Source of the DNA: Zygnema circumcarinatum SAG 698-1b
Lineage: Eukaryota; Plantae; Zygnematophyceae
Direction of reading: 5' to 3'
Length of the DNA stretch: 33,447 nucleotides
Assembly (NCBI GenBank): GCA_037447605.1
Contig: JBBHKD010000022.1
Coordinates: 1 to 33,447 of the forward strand
Part shown: positions 1 to 12,055 of the stretch, in pieces
How the letters are laid out: each line of letters begins with the position of its first letter
Position numbering within the stretch: position 1 is the stretch's first letter
The notes under the pieces: generated by a model
What the model was told of the DNA's origin: nothing
Database searches by the model: none
What the model saw: the letters and a program-made list of their open reading frames with translations, nothing else
Translations under genes and position numbers: made by a program

Positions 1-455
1 TTGCCAATGGTGGCGACCGTACCGCAGGCAATGGTATGGTTGCGACCATTGGCAATCATTTTTGTTTTATCCCGTCGCAATGGCAACCTTGGAATGCCGG
101 TGGTTGCGATGATGGGCCACATTTTCAACGTTGCCGACATTTCCCCAGCGCCTGAAGCAGCTCTGCCAATGGTTGGCAATCTTGAAACTGGGAAGCCGGC
201 AAGGCGGCAATGGTTGGCAACATTGAAAACCAACCGTCGATGGTTGCAACCGTAGGCAATGGTTGTGTCCGGTACCGGGCGGCAAATGGTCAACGTTGGC
301 AATTCTCTCGAGAAACCCGCTTGCAGGAGACAAGCAGTCCGCCAAGGCGTCACCTTGTGACGTCAGCCAGAGAAGCGATCGAGGACGATGTCCGCTATGA
401 TTGGTCACACCGTCGATATTGATACCGTGCCCCGAGAATGAAAGAAGATAAAGGT

Positions 456-575
456 GTGGGTGCGACACCGGGACTTCCCGAGAGGTCACCCATCCCAGTA
501 CTATTCCGGCCCACAGGCGCTTAGCTGCGGAGTTCTGATGGGATCCGGCGTAGTAGCCTAGGTATGATCGCACCA
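456..575 (-). rRNA. 5S rRNA gene, copy 1 (near-consensus)
   Basis: 120 nt, one substitution vs array consensus; boxes A and C present. Confidence 0.93.
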
Positions 576-1345
576 CGTGTACGGACGTGCAAGTGTCAGG
601 CTTTGGTGGTTTTTTCTGTTTTCTTTTCTCCTTTCGAGGGAAGACATCGGACGCCTCCTTTCGGCAATGGTTGTTTAGGACCGGCGGCAATGGTTGGAAC
701 CAGTGGCAATGGTTGTTTCGGTCCCGTCGCAATGGTTGGCAACCTCGGAATTCAATGGTTGCAACCATTGGCAATGGGTTTCCATGTTGCCAACCATTGC
801 CGCCGGCCCTAAACAACGATCGCCAATGGTTGGCAACCTTGGAATTGAAGGGCCAACAATAAGTTTGATTCGAAGAAGCAGTTACCAATGGTAGACCCTT
901 AGGCAATGGTATGGTTGCAACCATTGGCAATCGTTGTTTGTTTTTGTCCCGTCGCAATGGTTGGCGACCTTGGAATGCAGTGGTTGCAATGATGGGCCAC
1001 GGTTTTCAACGTTGCCAACCATTGCCGCCAGCCCTAAACAACTATTGCCAATGGTTGGCAATCTTGGAATTCAAGGGCCGGCGGGCGGCAATGGTTGGCA
1101 ACATTGAAAACCAACCATTGCCAATGGTTGCAACCGTAGGCAATGGTTGTGTCGGTCCGGGCGGCGATGGTTCCAACCATTTGGCAATTGCTGTTTCGGA
1201 CCGGCTTGCCGAGAGACAAGCAGTCCGCCAAGGCGTCACCTTGTGACGTCAGCCAAGAACAGGTCAAAAACAATGTCCAACATGATTGGTCACACCATAG
1301 ATGTGATGTTAACAGCTCCAGAAATGAAAGAAAAGATAAAAAGGA

Positions 1346-1468
1346 TATCGCAGATACAACGCCGGAGCTTAGAGGGTCCACCCATCCCCAGTGCTATTCC
1401 GGCCCACAGGCGCTTCAGCTGCGTACGGATGGGATCAACGCATAGTAGCCTGGGTGTAAATCACGCCA
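1346..1468 (-). pseudogene. 5S copy 2, degenerate (pseudogene or sequence error)
   Basis: Core CCCATCCC...GGCCCACAGGCGC recognisable; both ends diverged; boundaries approximate. Confidence 0.7.
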
Positions 1469-2235
1469 CGTATACGGACATGCAAGTGCTCAGCCCTTGT
1501 TCGTTTTTTCTGTTTTCTTTTCTCCTTTCCAGGGACGACATCGGACGCCTCCTTTCGGCAATGGTTGTTTAGGACCGGCGGCAATGGTTGGAACCAGTGG
1601 CAATGGTTGTTTCGGTCCCGTCGCAATGGTTGGCAACCTCGGAATTCAATGGTTGCAACCATCGCATGCAGATTTACCATATTGCCAACCATTGCCGCGG
1701 CCCTAAACAACGATCGCCAATGGTTGGCAACCTTGGAATTGAAGGGCCGGCGGCAATGGTTGCCAATCGAAAAACCATTGCCAATGGTGGCAACCGTACC
1801 GCAGGCAATGGTATGGTTGCAACCATTGGCAATCGTTGTTTGTTTTTGTCCCGTCGCAATGGTTGGCGACCTTGGAATGCAGTGGTTGCAATGATGGGCC
1901 ACGGTTTTCAACGTGCCAACCATTGCCGCCAGCCCTAAACAACTATTGCCAATGGTTGGCAATCTTGGAATTCAAGGGCCGGCGGGCGGCAATGGTTGGC
2001 AACATTGAAAACCAACCATTGCCAATGGTAAAGCCGTAGGCAATGGTTGTCGTACGGGCGGCGATGGTTCCGGCATTTTTGGCAATCTCCTGTTCCGACA
2101 AACTGAGCGACAGTCCGCCAAGGCATCACCTTCTGACGTCAACCAAGAACAGGTCAAGAACAATGTCCAACATGATTGGTCACACCATCAATGTTGATGT
2201 TAACCATTTCCAAAAATGAAAGAAGATAAAGAGGT

Positions 2236-2356
2236 ATGGGTGCAACACCAGGGACTTCCCAGGAGGTCGCCCATCCCAGTACTGTTTAGGCCCACTGGCG
2301 CTTAGCTGCGGAGTTCTGATGGGATCCGGCGTAGTAGCCTAGGTATGATCGCACCA
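2236..2356 (-). rRNA. 5S copy 3, several substitutions in 3' half, T61A variant
   Basis: 5' half matches consensus apart from T61A; scattered changes in 3' half. Confidence 0.8.
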
Positions 2357-3126
2357 CGTGTACGGGCGTCCGAGTGTCCGCCCTTGTTCGTTCGTTTCTG
2401 TTTTCTTTTCTCCTTTCGAGGGAAGACATCGGACGCCTCCTTTCGTCAATGGTTGTTTGGGACCGGCGGCAATGGTTGCCACCAGTGTCAATGGTTGTTT
2501 CTGTCCCGTCGCAATGGTTGGCAACCTCGGAATTCAATGGTTGCAACCATTGGCATTGGGTTTCCATGTTGCCAACCATTGCCGCCGGCCCTAAACAACG
2601 ATCGCCAATGGTTGGCAACCTTAGAACGGGAGGCCGCAGCAATATTGCGATGAAAACCATGCCGATGGTGGCAACTGAACACTATCAGGCAATGGTATGG
2701 TTGCAACCATTGGCAATCGTTGTTTGTTTTTGTCCCGTCGCAATGGTTGGCGACCTTGGAATGCAGTGGTTGCAATGATGGGCCACGGTTTTCAACGTTG
2801 CCAACCATTGCCGCCAGCCCTAAACAACTATTGCCAATGGTTGGCAATCTTGGAATTCAAGGGCCGGCGGGCGGCAATGGTTGGCAACATTGAAAACCAA
2901 CCATTGCCAATGGTTGCAACCGTAGGCAATGGGTGTGTCGGTCCGGGCGGGGATGGTTCCAACCATTTGGCAATTGTGTGTTCAACACAAGCTGCCGACG
3001 AGAGGTGCGCAAGGCATCACCTTATGACCCAACCGAGCGGACAGGACAAACTCCAACATGATTGGTCACACCATCAATGTTGATGTTTGACCATTTCCAA
3101 AAATGAAAGAAAAGAGTAAAAAAGGT

Positions 3127-3233
3127 GTGGGTGCGACACCGGGACCAGGGAGGGCACACATCCCAGTACAATTACGTCCCACAAGCGGCGTTCTTCTGGG
3201 AACCGGCGTAGTAGCCTAGGTATGATCGCACCA
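3127..3233 (-). pseudogene. 5S copy 4, internal deletions (107 nt)
   Basis: Ends match consensus, middle is degraded. Confidence 0.7.
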
Positions 3234-3994
3234 CGTGTACGGACGTGCAAGTGTCACCCTTTGTTGGTTTTTTCTGTTTTCTTTTCTCCTTTCGAGGGAA
3301 GACATCGGACGCCTCCTTTCGGCAATGGTTGTTTAAGACCAACAAGCAATGGTTTAAACCAATCACAATGATTTATCAATCCATCGCGATGATGGCAACC
3401 TCAGAATTCAATCAGTTGCAACCATCGCATAGGTTTCCATGTTGCCAACCATGCCAACCAACCCTAAACAACGATCGCCAATGGTTGGCAACCTTGGAAT
3501 TGAAGGGCCAACGGCAATGGTTGCCAATTGGGAAAAACACATTACCAATGGTGGCGACAGTACACAGGCAATGGTATGGTTGGAACCATTGGCAATCGTT
3601 GTTTGTTTTTGTCCCGTCGCAATGGTTGGCGACCTTGGAATGCGGTGGTCGATGATGGGCCACAACTTCAACGTTGCCGACCATACCGCCAGCCCTAAAC
3701 AACTATCCGATGACTGGCGTACTTGAAATTCGAGAGCGGCAATGGTTGGCAACGTTGAAAACCAACAGTTCCGGGTGGCATACAACCGTAGGCAATGGTT
3801 GTGTCAACCCGGCAACGATGGTTCCAACCATTTGCGCGGTACTATTTCGACCGACTGCCAAGCGGCAGTTCGCCAAGCGTCACCTTGTGACGTCAACCAA
3901 GAACAGGTCAAGAACAATGTCCAACATGATTGGTCACACCATCAATGTTGATGTTTGACCATTTCCAAAAATGAAAGAAAAGAGTAAAAAAGGT

Positions 3995-4115
3995 GTGGGT
4001 GCGACACCGGGACTTCCCGGGAGGTCACCCATCCCAGTACTATTCCGGCCCACAGGCGCTTAAGCTGCGCAGTTCTGATGGCATCCGGCGTAGTAGCCTA
4101 GTTATCATCGCACCA
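3995..4115 (-). rRNA. 5S copy 5, few changes in 5' half
   Basis: 3' half matches consensus; a 1-nt insertion and about 4 substitutions in the 5' half. Confidence 0.85.
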
Positions 4116-4878
4116 CGTGTACGGACGTGCAAGTGTCACCCTTTGGTGGTTTTTTCTGTTTTCTTTTCTCCTTTCGAGGGAAGACATCGGACGCCTCCTT
4201 TCGGCAATGGTTGTTTAGGACCGGCGGCAATGGTTGGAACCAGTGGCAATGGTTGTTTCGGTCCCGTCGCAATGGTGGGCAACGTTGGAATTCGATGGTT
4301 GCAACCATTGGCAATGGCTTTGCATGTTGCCGACCATTGCCGCCGGCCCTGAACAACGATCGCAATGGTTGGCAACCTTGGAATTGAAGGGCCAACGATG
4401 GTTGCAATGGACAGGTTACGGTGGTGAGCCAGTACACAGCGATGGTATGGTTGCAACTCTGGCAATCGTTGTTTGTTTATTACCGTCGCAATGGTTGGCG
4501 TGGAATGCGGTGGTTGCAATGATGGGCCACGGTTTTCAACGTTGCCAACCATTGACTCCAGCCCTAAACAACTATTTCCAATGGTTGGCAATGTTGTAAT
4601 TATAGTGCCGGCGGGCGGCAATTGTTGGCAACATTGAAAACCAACCATTGCCAATGGTTGCAACCGTAGGCAATGGTTGTGTCGGTCCGGGCGGCGATGG
4701 TTCCAACCATTTGGCAATTCCTGTTCGGACCGGCTTGCCGAGAACAACAGTGCCCACAAGGCATCACTATAACATCAGCCCCAGGAACAGGTCAGGAACA
4801 ATGTTCAACATGATTGGTCACACCATCGATGTTGATGTTTGACCATTTCCAAAAATGGAAGAAAAGAGTAAAAAAGGT

Positions 4879-4998
4879 GTGGGTGCGACACCGGGACTTC
4901 CCGGGAGGTCACCCATCCCAGTACTATTCCGGCCCACTGGCGCTTAGCTGCGGAGTTCTGATGGGATCCGGCGTAGTAGCCTAGGTATGATCGCACCA
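4879..4998 (-). rRNA. 5S copy 6, intact, T61A variant
   Basis: 120 nt, differs from consensus only at 4938. Confidence 0.93.
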
Positions 4999-5781
4999 CG
5001 TGTACGGACGTGCAAGTGTCCGCCTTTGTTGGTTTGTTTCTGTTTTCTTTTCTCCTTTCGAGGGAAGACATCGGACGCCTCCTTTCGGCAATGGTTGTTT
5101 AGGACCGGCGGCAATGGTTGGAACCAGTGGCAATGGTTGTTTCGGTCCCGTCGCAATGGTTGGCAACCTTGGAATTCGATGGTTGCAACCATTGGCAATG
5201 GGTTTTCATGTTGCCAACCAGTGCCGCCGGGCTTAAACAACGATCGCCAATGGTTGGCAACCTTGGAATTGAAGGGCCGGCGGCAATGGTTGCCAATCGA
5301 AAAACCATTGCCGATGGCGGTGGCGACCATGGCAGCAATGGTATGGTTGATCGTTGGCGGTGATTTATGTTTTTGTCCCGTCGCGATGGTTGGCGACCTT
5401 GGAATGCAGTGGGGTTACAAATGATGGGCCACGGTTTTCAACGTTGCCGACCATTGCCGCCAGCCTTCAGGAACAGTTGTTGCCGATGGTCGATATTGAA
5501 ATTGAGAGGCCGGCAAGGGCAGCAATGGTTGGCAACGTTGAAAACCAACCGTCAGATCATCGACGATGCAGGCATTGGTTATGTCAACCGGGCGGCGATG
5601 GTTCCAACCATTTGGCAATTGCTGTTTCGGACCGGCTTGCCGAGAGACAAGCAGTCCGCCAAGGCGTCACCTTGTGACGTCAGCCAAGAACAGGTCAAAA
5701 ACAATGTCCAACATGATTGGTCACACCATCGATGTTGATGTTTGACCATTTCCAAAAATGAAAGAAAGAGTGAAGAAAGAT

Positions 5782-5897
5782 GTGGGTGCGACACCAAACT
5801 TACAAGAAGTCCACCGTCCAGTCTTGTTCCGACCACAGGCGCTTAGCTGCGGAGTTCTGATGGGATCCGGCGTAGTAGCCTAGGTATGATCGCACCA
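5782..5897 (-). pseudogene. 5S copy 7, 3' half degenerate
   Basis: 5' half matches consensus; box C region degraded. Confidence 0.7.
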
Positions 5898-6678
5898 CGT
5901 GTACGGACGTGCAAGTGTCAGCCCTTGTTCGTTTTTTCTGTTTTCTTTTCTCCTTTCCAGGGACGACATCGGACGCCTCCTTTCGGCAATGGTTGTTTAG
6001 GACCGGCGGCAATGGTTGGAACCAGTGGCAATGGTACTTTCGGACACGTCGCAATGGTTGGCAACATCGGAATTCAATGGTTGCAAACATTGGCAATTGG
6101 ATTCCATGTTGCCAACCATTGCGCGGCCTTAAACAACGATCGCCAATGGTTGCGCACCTTGGAATTGAAGGGCAACAATGGTTGCCAATCGAAAAACCAT
6201 TGCCAATGGTGGCAACCGTACCGCAGGCAATGGTATGGTTGCAACCATTGGCAATCGTTGTTTGTTTTTGTCCCGTCGCAATGGTTGGCGACCTTGGAAT
6301 GCAGTGGTTGCAATGATGGGCCACGGTTTTCAACGTTGCCAACCATTGCCGCCAGCCCTAAACAACTATTGCCAATGGTTGGCAATATTGGAATTCAAGG
6401 GCCGGCGGGCGGCAATGGTTGGCAACATTGAAAACCAACCATACCGATGGTTGCGACCCGTAGCCGACTGATTGTGTGCCAGTCCGGGCAGCAAATGGTT
6501 CCAACCATTTGGCAATTGCTGTTTCGGACCGGCTTGCCGAGAGACAAGCAGTCCGCCAAGGCGTCACCTTGTGACGTCAGCCAAGAACAGGTCAAGAACA
6601 ATGTCCAACATGATTGGTCACACCATCGATGTTGATGTTTGACCATTTCCAAAAATGAAAGAAAAGAGTAAAAAAGGT

Positions 6679-6798
6679 GTGGGTGCGACACCGGGACTTC
6701 CCGGGAGGTCACCCATCCCAGTACTATTCCGGCCCACAGGCGCTTGGCTGCGGAGTTCTGATGGGATCCGGCGTAGTAGCCTAGGTATGATCGCACCA
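6679..6798 (-). rRNA. 5S copy 8, near-consensus
   Basis: 120 nt, one substitution in box A (cgcttggctg). Confidence 0.92.
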
Positions 6799-7579
6799 CG
6801 TGTACGGACGTGCAAGTGTCAGCCCTTGTTCGTTTTTTCTGTTTTCTTTTCTCCTTTCCAGGGAAGACATCGGACGCCTCCTTTCGGCAATGGTTGTTTA
6901 TGACCGGCCGCAATGGTTGGAACCAGTGGCAATGGTTTTTCGGTCCCGTCTCAATGTTGGGCAACCTCGGAATTCAATGGTTGCAACCATTGGCAATTTT
7001 TTTCCATGTTGCCAACCATTGCCGCCGGCCCTAAAACAACGATCGCCAATGGTTGGCAACCTTGGAATTGAAGGGCCGTCGGCAATGGTTGCCTATCGAA
7101 TAACCATTGCCAATGGTGGCTACAGTTCCGCAGGCAATGGTATGGTTGCAACCATTGGCAATCGTTGTTTGTTTTTGTCCCTTCGCAATGGTTGGCGACC
7201 TTGGAATGCAGTGGTTGCAACGATGGGCCATGGTTTTCTAAGTTGCCAACCACTGCCGCCAGCACTAAACAACTATTGCCAATGGTTGGCAATCTTTGAA
7301 TACAAGGGCCGGCGGGCGCCAATGGTTCGCAACATTGAAAACCAACCATTGCCAATGGTTGCAACCGTAGGCAATGGATGTGTCGGTCCGGGCGGCGATG
7401 GTTCCAACCATTTGGCAATTGCTGTTTCGGACCGGCTTGCCGAGAGACAAGCAGTCCGCCAAGGCGTCACCTTGTGACGTCAACCAAGAACAGGTCAAGA
7501 ACAATGTCCAACATGATTGGTCACACCATCGATGTTGATGTTTGACCATTTCCAAAAATGAAAGAAAAGAGTAAAAGGT

Positions 7580-7700
7580 GTGGGTGCGACACCGGGACTT
7601 CCCGGGAGGTCACCCATCCAGTACTATTCCGGCCCACAGGCGCTTAGCTGCGGAGTTCTGATGGGATTCAGCATAGTGCACCTCGGTATAATCACACCCA
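7580..7700 (-). pseudogene. 5S copy 9, 5' end degenerate
   Basis: 3' two-thirds near consensus; 5' about 30 nt diverged. Confidence 0.7.
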
Positions 7701-8443
7701 CATGTCAGACATGCAGATATCACTCTTTGATGGTTTCTCTGGTTGTTTTTTCTCTCCTTTGGCAAAAGACGTCGGACGCCTCCTTTCGGCAATGGTTGTT
7801 TCAAGACCGGCGGCAATGGTTTGGAACGATGGCATGGTTGTTTCGTCCCATTCGCAATGGTTGGCAACCTCGATTGAAATTCTGGTTACAAGTACACTGA
7901 TATGGGTTTCCATGTTTGCCAACAGTTTACGCGACCTGGGTGACGATCACCAATGCGTTGACACTTGAAATTGAAGGGCGGCAGCAATGGTTGCCGATCG
8001 AAAAACCATGGTAGTGACGACATCCACTCGCGGCAATGGTATGGTTCAACCATCGCAATCATTATTTGTTTTTGTCCCGTCGCAATGGTTCGACAACCTT
8101 GGAATGCCGGTGGTTTCAATGATCGACCACGGTTTTCAACATTGCCGACCATCGCACTGAACAGTATCAATGGTTGGCAATCTTGAAATGCAAGAGGCGG
8201 CAATGATTGGCGACGTTGAAAACCAACCATGCGTCGTTGGACCGTAGCAATGGTTGTGTCGTTACCGGGCAGGCAAATGGTCAACCGTAGCAATTGCTGT
8301 TCAACCAAGCTGGGGCCGACAGTTGCCCGCCAAGGCGTCACCTTGTGACGCTCAACAGATCGGTCAAGACAATCTCAACATGATTAACGCACATCAATGT
8401 TGATGTTGACACTTTCCAAAAATGAAAGAAAGATAAAAAAGGT

Positions 8444-8560
8444 GTGGGTACGACACGGGACTTCCCGGGAGGTCACCCGTCCAGTGTGTTCGCTACCGCA
8501 GGCGCTTAGCTGCGGAGTTCTGATGGGATCCGGCGTAGTAGCCTAGGTATGATCGCACCA
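8444..8560 (-). pseudogene. 5S copy 10, 3' half partly degenerate
   Basis: 5' half matches consensus; indels around 8480-8500. Confidence 0.7.
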
Positions 8561-9338
8561 CGTGTACGGACGTGCAAGTGTCACCGTTTGCTGGTTTTTT
8601 CTGTTTTCTTTTCTCCTTTCGAGGGAAGACATCGGACGCCTCCTTTCGGCAATGGTTGTTTAGGACCGGCGGCAATGGTTGGAACCAGTGGCAATGGTTG
8701 TTTCGGTCCCGTCGCAATGGTTGGCAACCTCGGAATTCAATGGTTGCAACCATTGGCAATGGGTTTCCATGTTGCCAACCATTGCCGCCGGCCCTAAACA
8801 ACGATCGCCAATGGTTGGCAACCTTGGAATTGAAGGGCCGGCGGCAATGGTTGCCAATCGAAAAACCATTGCCAATGGTGGCAACCGTACCGCAGGCAAT
8901 GGTATGGTTGCAACCATTGGCAATCGTTGTTTGTTTTTGTCCCGTCGCAATGGTTGGCGACCTTGGAATGCAGTGGTTGCAATGATGGGCCACAACTTCA
9001 GCAGACGCCAGCAGCCCGTCAGCCTAGAGACAGTGTACCCAATTGGTTGGCAATCTTGGAATTAGAGAAGGTGGCGGGCGGCAATGGTTGGCAACATGAA
9101 AACCAACCATTGCCAATGCGCGCACAGTGCAAAGCCGTAGGCAATGATTGTGTCAAACCCAGCAAATAGTTCAACCATTTCAGCAACATGTGGACAGGCT
9201 TGCAAAAAACAAGCAGTCCGCCAAGGCGTCACTATGACGTCAACAAGATTGGTCAAAAACAATCTACAACATGATTGGTCACACCATCGATGTTGATGTT
9301 TGACCATTTCCAAAAATGAAAGGAGAGATGAGAGAGAT

Positions 9339-9456
9339 GTGGGTGCAACGCGGGACTTCCCAGGAGGTCACCCGTCCAGTATTGTTCCGGCCCACAGGCG
9401 CTTAGCTGCGGAGTTCTGATGGGATCCGGCGTAGTAGCCTAGGTATGATCGCACCA
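9339..9456 (-). rRNA. 5S copy 11, few changes in 3' part
   Basis: 5' about 70 nt match consensus; small indels and substitutions 3'. Confidence 0.78.
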
Positions 9457-9603
9457 CGTGTACGGACGTGCAAGTGTCAGCCCTTGTTCGTTTTTTCTGT
9501 TTTCTTTTCTCCTTTCCAGGGAAGACATCGGACGCCTCCTTTCGGCAATGGTTGTTTAGGACCGGCAATGGTTGGAACCAGTGGCAATGGTTGTTTCGGT
9601 CCC

Positions 9604-9710
9604 NNNNNNNNNNNNNNNNNNNNNNNNNNNNNNNNNNNNNNNNNNNNNNNNNNNNNNNNNNNTGNNGCNAACNNTTGNNNCNNGNCNNNNNCAACGANCN
9701 NNNATNNNNN
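9604..9710. other. Ambiguous-base block (59 contiguous N at 9604-9662, scattered N to 9710)
   Basis: Seen directly; isolated Ns also at 14986, 21074 and 21093. Confidence 0.98.
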
Positions 9711-10226
9711 GCAACCTTGGAATTGAAGGGCCGGCGGCAATGGTTGCCGATCGAAAAACCATTGCCGATGGTGGCGACCGTACGCAGGCAATGGTATGGT
9801 TGATCATGGCATCGTTGTTTGTTTTCTCCCGTCCCGGCAATGGTTGGCAAACCCTGGAATGCAGTGGTTGCAATGATGGGCCACGGTTTTCAACGTTGCC
9901 AACCATTGCCGCCAGCCCTAAACAACTATTGCCAATGGTTGGCAATCTTGGAATTCAAGGGCCGGCGGGCGGCAATGGTTGGCAACATTGAAAACCAACC
10001 ATTGCCAATGGTTGCAACCGTAGGCAATGGTTGTGTCGGTCCGGGCGGCGATGGTTCCAACCATTTGGCAATTGCTGTTACGAACCTTCAAACTACCCCA
10101 AAGAGACAAGCAGTCCACCAAGGCATCACTTATGACATCAACAGAACAGGTAAACAATGTCCAACGTGATTAGTCACACCATCAATGTTGATGTTAACCG
10201 TTTCCAAAAATGAAAGAAAAAAGGGG

Positions 10227-10345
10227 TGTAATGCCAACCACCGGGACTTCCAAAGGTCACCCATCCCCGGTACTGTTCCGGCCGCAGCGCTTTCACTGCG
10301 GAGTTCTGATGGGATCCAGCGTAGTAGCCTCCAGTATACGCACCA
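10227..10345 (-). pseudogene. 5S copy 12, degenerate
   Basis: GGGACTTCC, GGTCACCC and GAGTTCTGATGGGATCC recognisable; boundaries approximate. Confidence 0.68.
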
Positions 10346-11090
10346 CGTGTACGGACGTGCAGTGTTTCACCCTTTAGTGGTTTTTTCTGTTTTCTTTCTG
10401 TTCGAGGAAGACATCGGACGCCTGTTTCGGCGATGATGTTTTCGGAGACCGGCAGCAATGATTGGAACCAGTGGCAATGGTTGTTTCGGTACCGTCCGCG
10501 ATGGTTGGCAACCTCGAGAACGCGATGGTTGCGACCGCTGGCAATGGCTTGCATGTTGCCAACCATTGCGCCGGCCCCTGAGACAGCAAACAGCAATGGT
10601 TGGCAACCTTGGAATTGAAGGGCCGGCGGCAATGGTTGCCAATCGAAAAACCATTGCCAATGGTGGCAACCGTACCGCAGGCAATGGTATGGTTGCAACC
10701 ATTGGCAATCGTTGTTTGTTTTTGTCCCGTCGCAATGGTTGGCGACCTTGGAATGCAGTGGTTGCAATGATGGGCCACGGTTTTCAACGTTGCCAACCAT
10801 TGCCGCCAGCCCTAAACAACTATTGCCAATGGTTCGATCTTGGAATTAAGAAAGCCAAGAAGGAAGGCAATGGTTGGCGACGTAAAACAGACGTTCAATC
10901 GTCATGCGACAGCATGGTGTCGTTAAGGCAATGATCAACATTTGCGATTTTGCTGGACCAGCTTTGCAGGAGCAAGCGTCGCAAGCGCGCACTTCTAACG
11001 TCAGCGAATCAGACCAAGACAATCAACATAAACTGGTCGCCGCATACAATGCTGATGTTTCACGCCAGAAATGAAGGAAAACAGAGAAGG

Positions 11091-11205
11091 TATAAATGAC
11101 ACGGACTTTACCGGAAGCCGTATCCGGTGCTTCTTCCGGCAGGCACTTCGTTTGCGAGCCGCGATCGAACACCCGCATGCGACGCGCGATATGATCACCG
11201 CCGCC
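11091..11205 (-). pseudogene. 5S copy 13, very heavily degenerate
   Basis: Expected position in the period; only fragments remain (CGGACTT, TTCCGGC, ATATGATCAC). Confidence 0.5.
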
Positions 11206-11943
11206 GTCCAGAAACGCCAGCTAACCATTTTGGTGACTTTTCTGTTTGTTCTTGCTGAGGAAGATATGGACGCCCGTTTCGGCGATGGTATTCAGACAGA
11301 AGGGCGATGGTGAACCAATGGCGATGGCATGTGACGCGTCGCGATGGTCACGACACCGAAATCAGATGATGGCGTTGGCGATGGTTTCCATGTTGCCAAC
11401 CATTGCCGCCGGCCCTGAACAACGATCGCCAATGGTTGGCAACCTTTGAAACTGAAGAGGCCAACGATGAGATTGCATCGAAAAACCATTGCAATCGGTG
11501 GCAAGCACACAGGCAATAGTATGGTTGCAACCATTGGCAATCATTATTTGCTTTGTCCCATCACAATGACTACACAACCCTTGAATGCAATAGGTTGCAA
11601 ATGATAGGCACAGATTTAGCAATTGCCAACCATTAGCCATCTGGAACAGTTGTTGCCAATGGTTGGCATCTTTGAATATGGAAGCGCGGCAATAGTTGGC
11701 AACATTGAAAACCAACCATACAATGGTTGCAACCATAGGCAATGGTTGTGTCGATTACGGGCGGCGATGGTTCCAACATTTCAATTTGCTCTTTCAAACA
11801 GAGCTGCAAGAGACAAGCAGTCCGCCAAGGCGTACAGTTTGTGACATCAGCAAGGACGATCAAGGACGATGTACAACATGATTGGTCACACCATCAATGT
11901 GATGTTTGACCGTTTCCAAAAATGAAAGAAAGATAAAAAGGGT

Positions 11944-12055
11944 GTGGGGTCGAGCAGAACTTGAAGGTCACCCATCCAGTACTATTCCGGCCCACTGGCG
12001 CTTAGCTGCGGAATTCTGATGGGATCCGGCGTAGTAGCCTAGGTATGATGCACCA
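11944..12055 (-). pseudogene. 5S copy 14, 3' end deleted/diverged, T61A variant
   Basis: Middle near consensus; 112 nt. Confidence 0.7.

Noticed and set aside
850-900. Apparent unique insertion in the first full spacer
   Set aside because: It occupies the position of the consensus hairpin segment, is no longer than it, and retains remnants (CCAATGGT, GGCAATGG). It is a diverged or noisy patch, not an insertion.
8801-8830. RFX X-box or NF-I site resemblance (GTTGCC/GGCAAC, TTGGC/GCCAA)
   Set aside because: Half-site spacing and orientation do not fit, and these factors are not expected in land plants.
8648-8990. CRISPR-like repeat-spacer appearance
   Set aside because: The repeat is only 11 bp and degenerate, linkers are short, irregular and recur identically in every unit, there are no cas genes, and the context is a eukaryotic 5S array.
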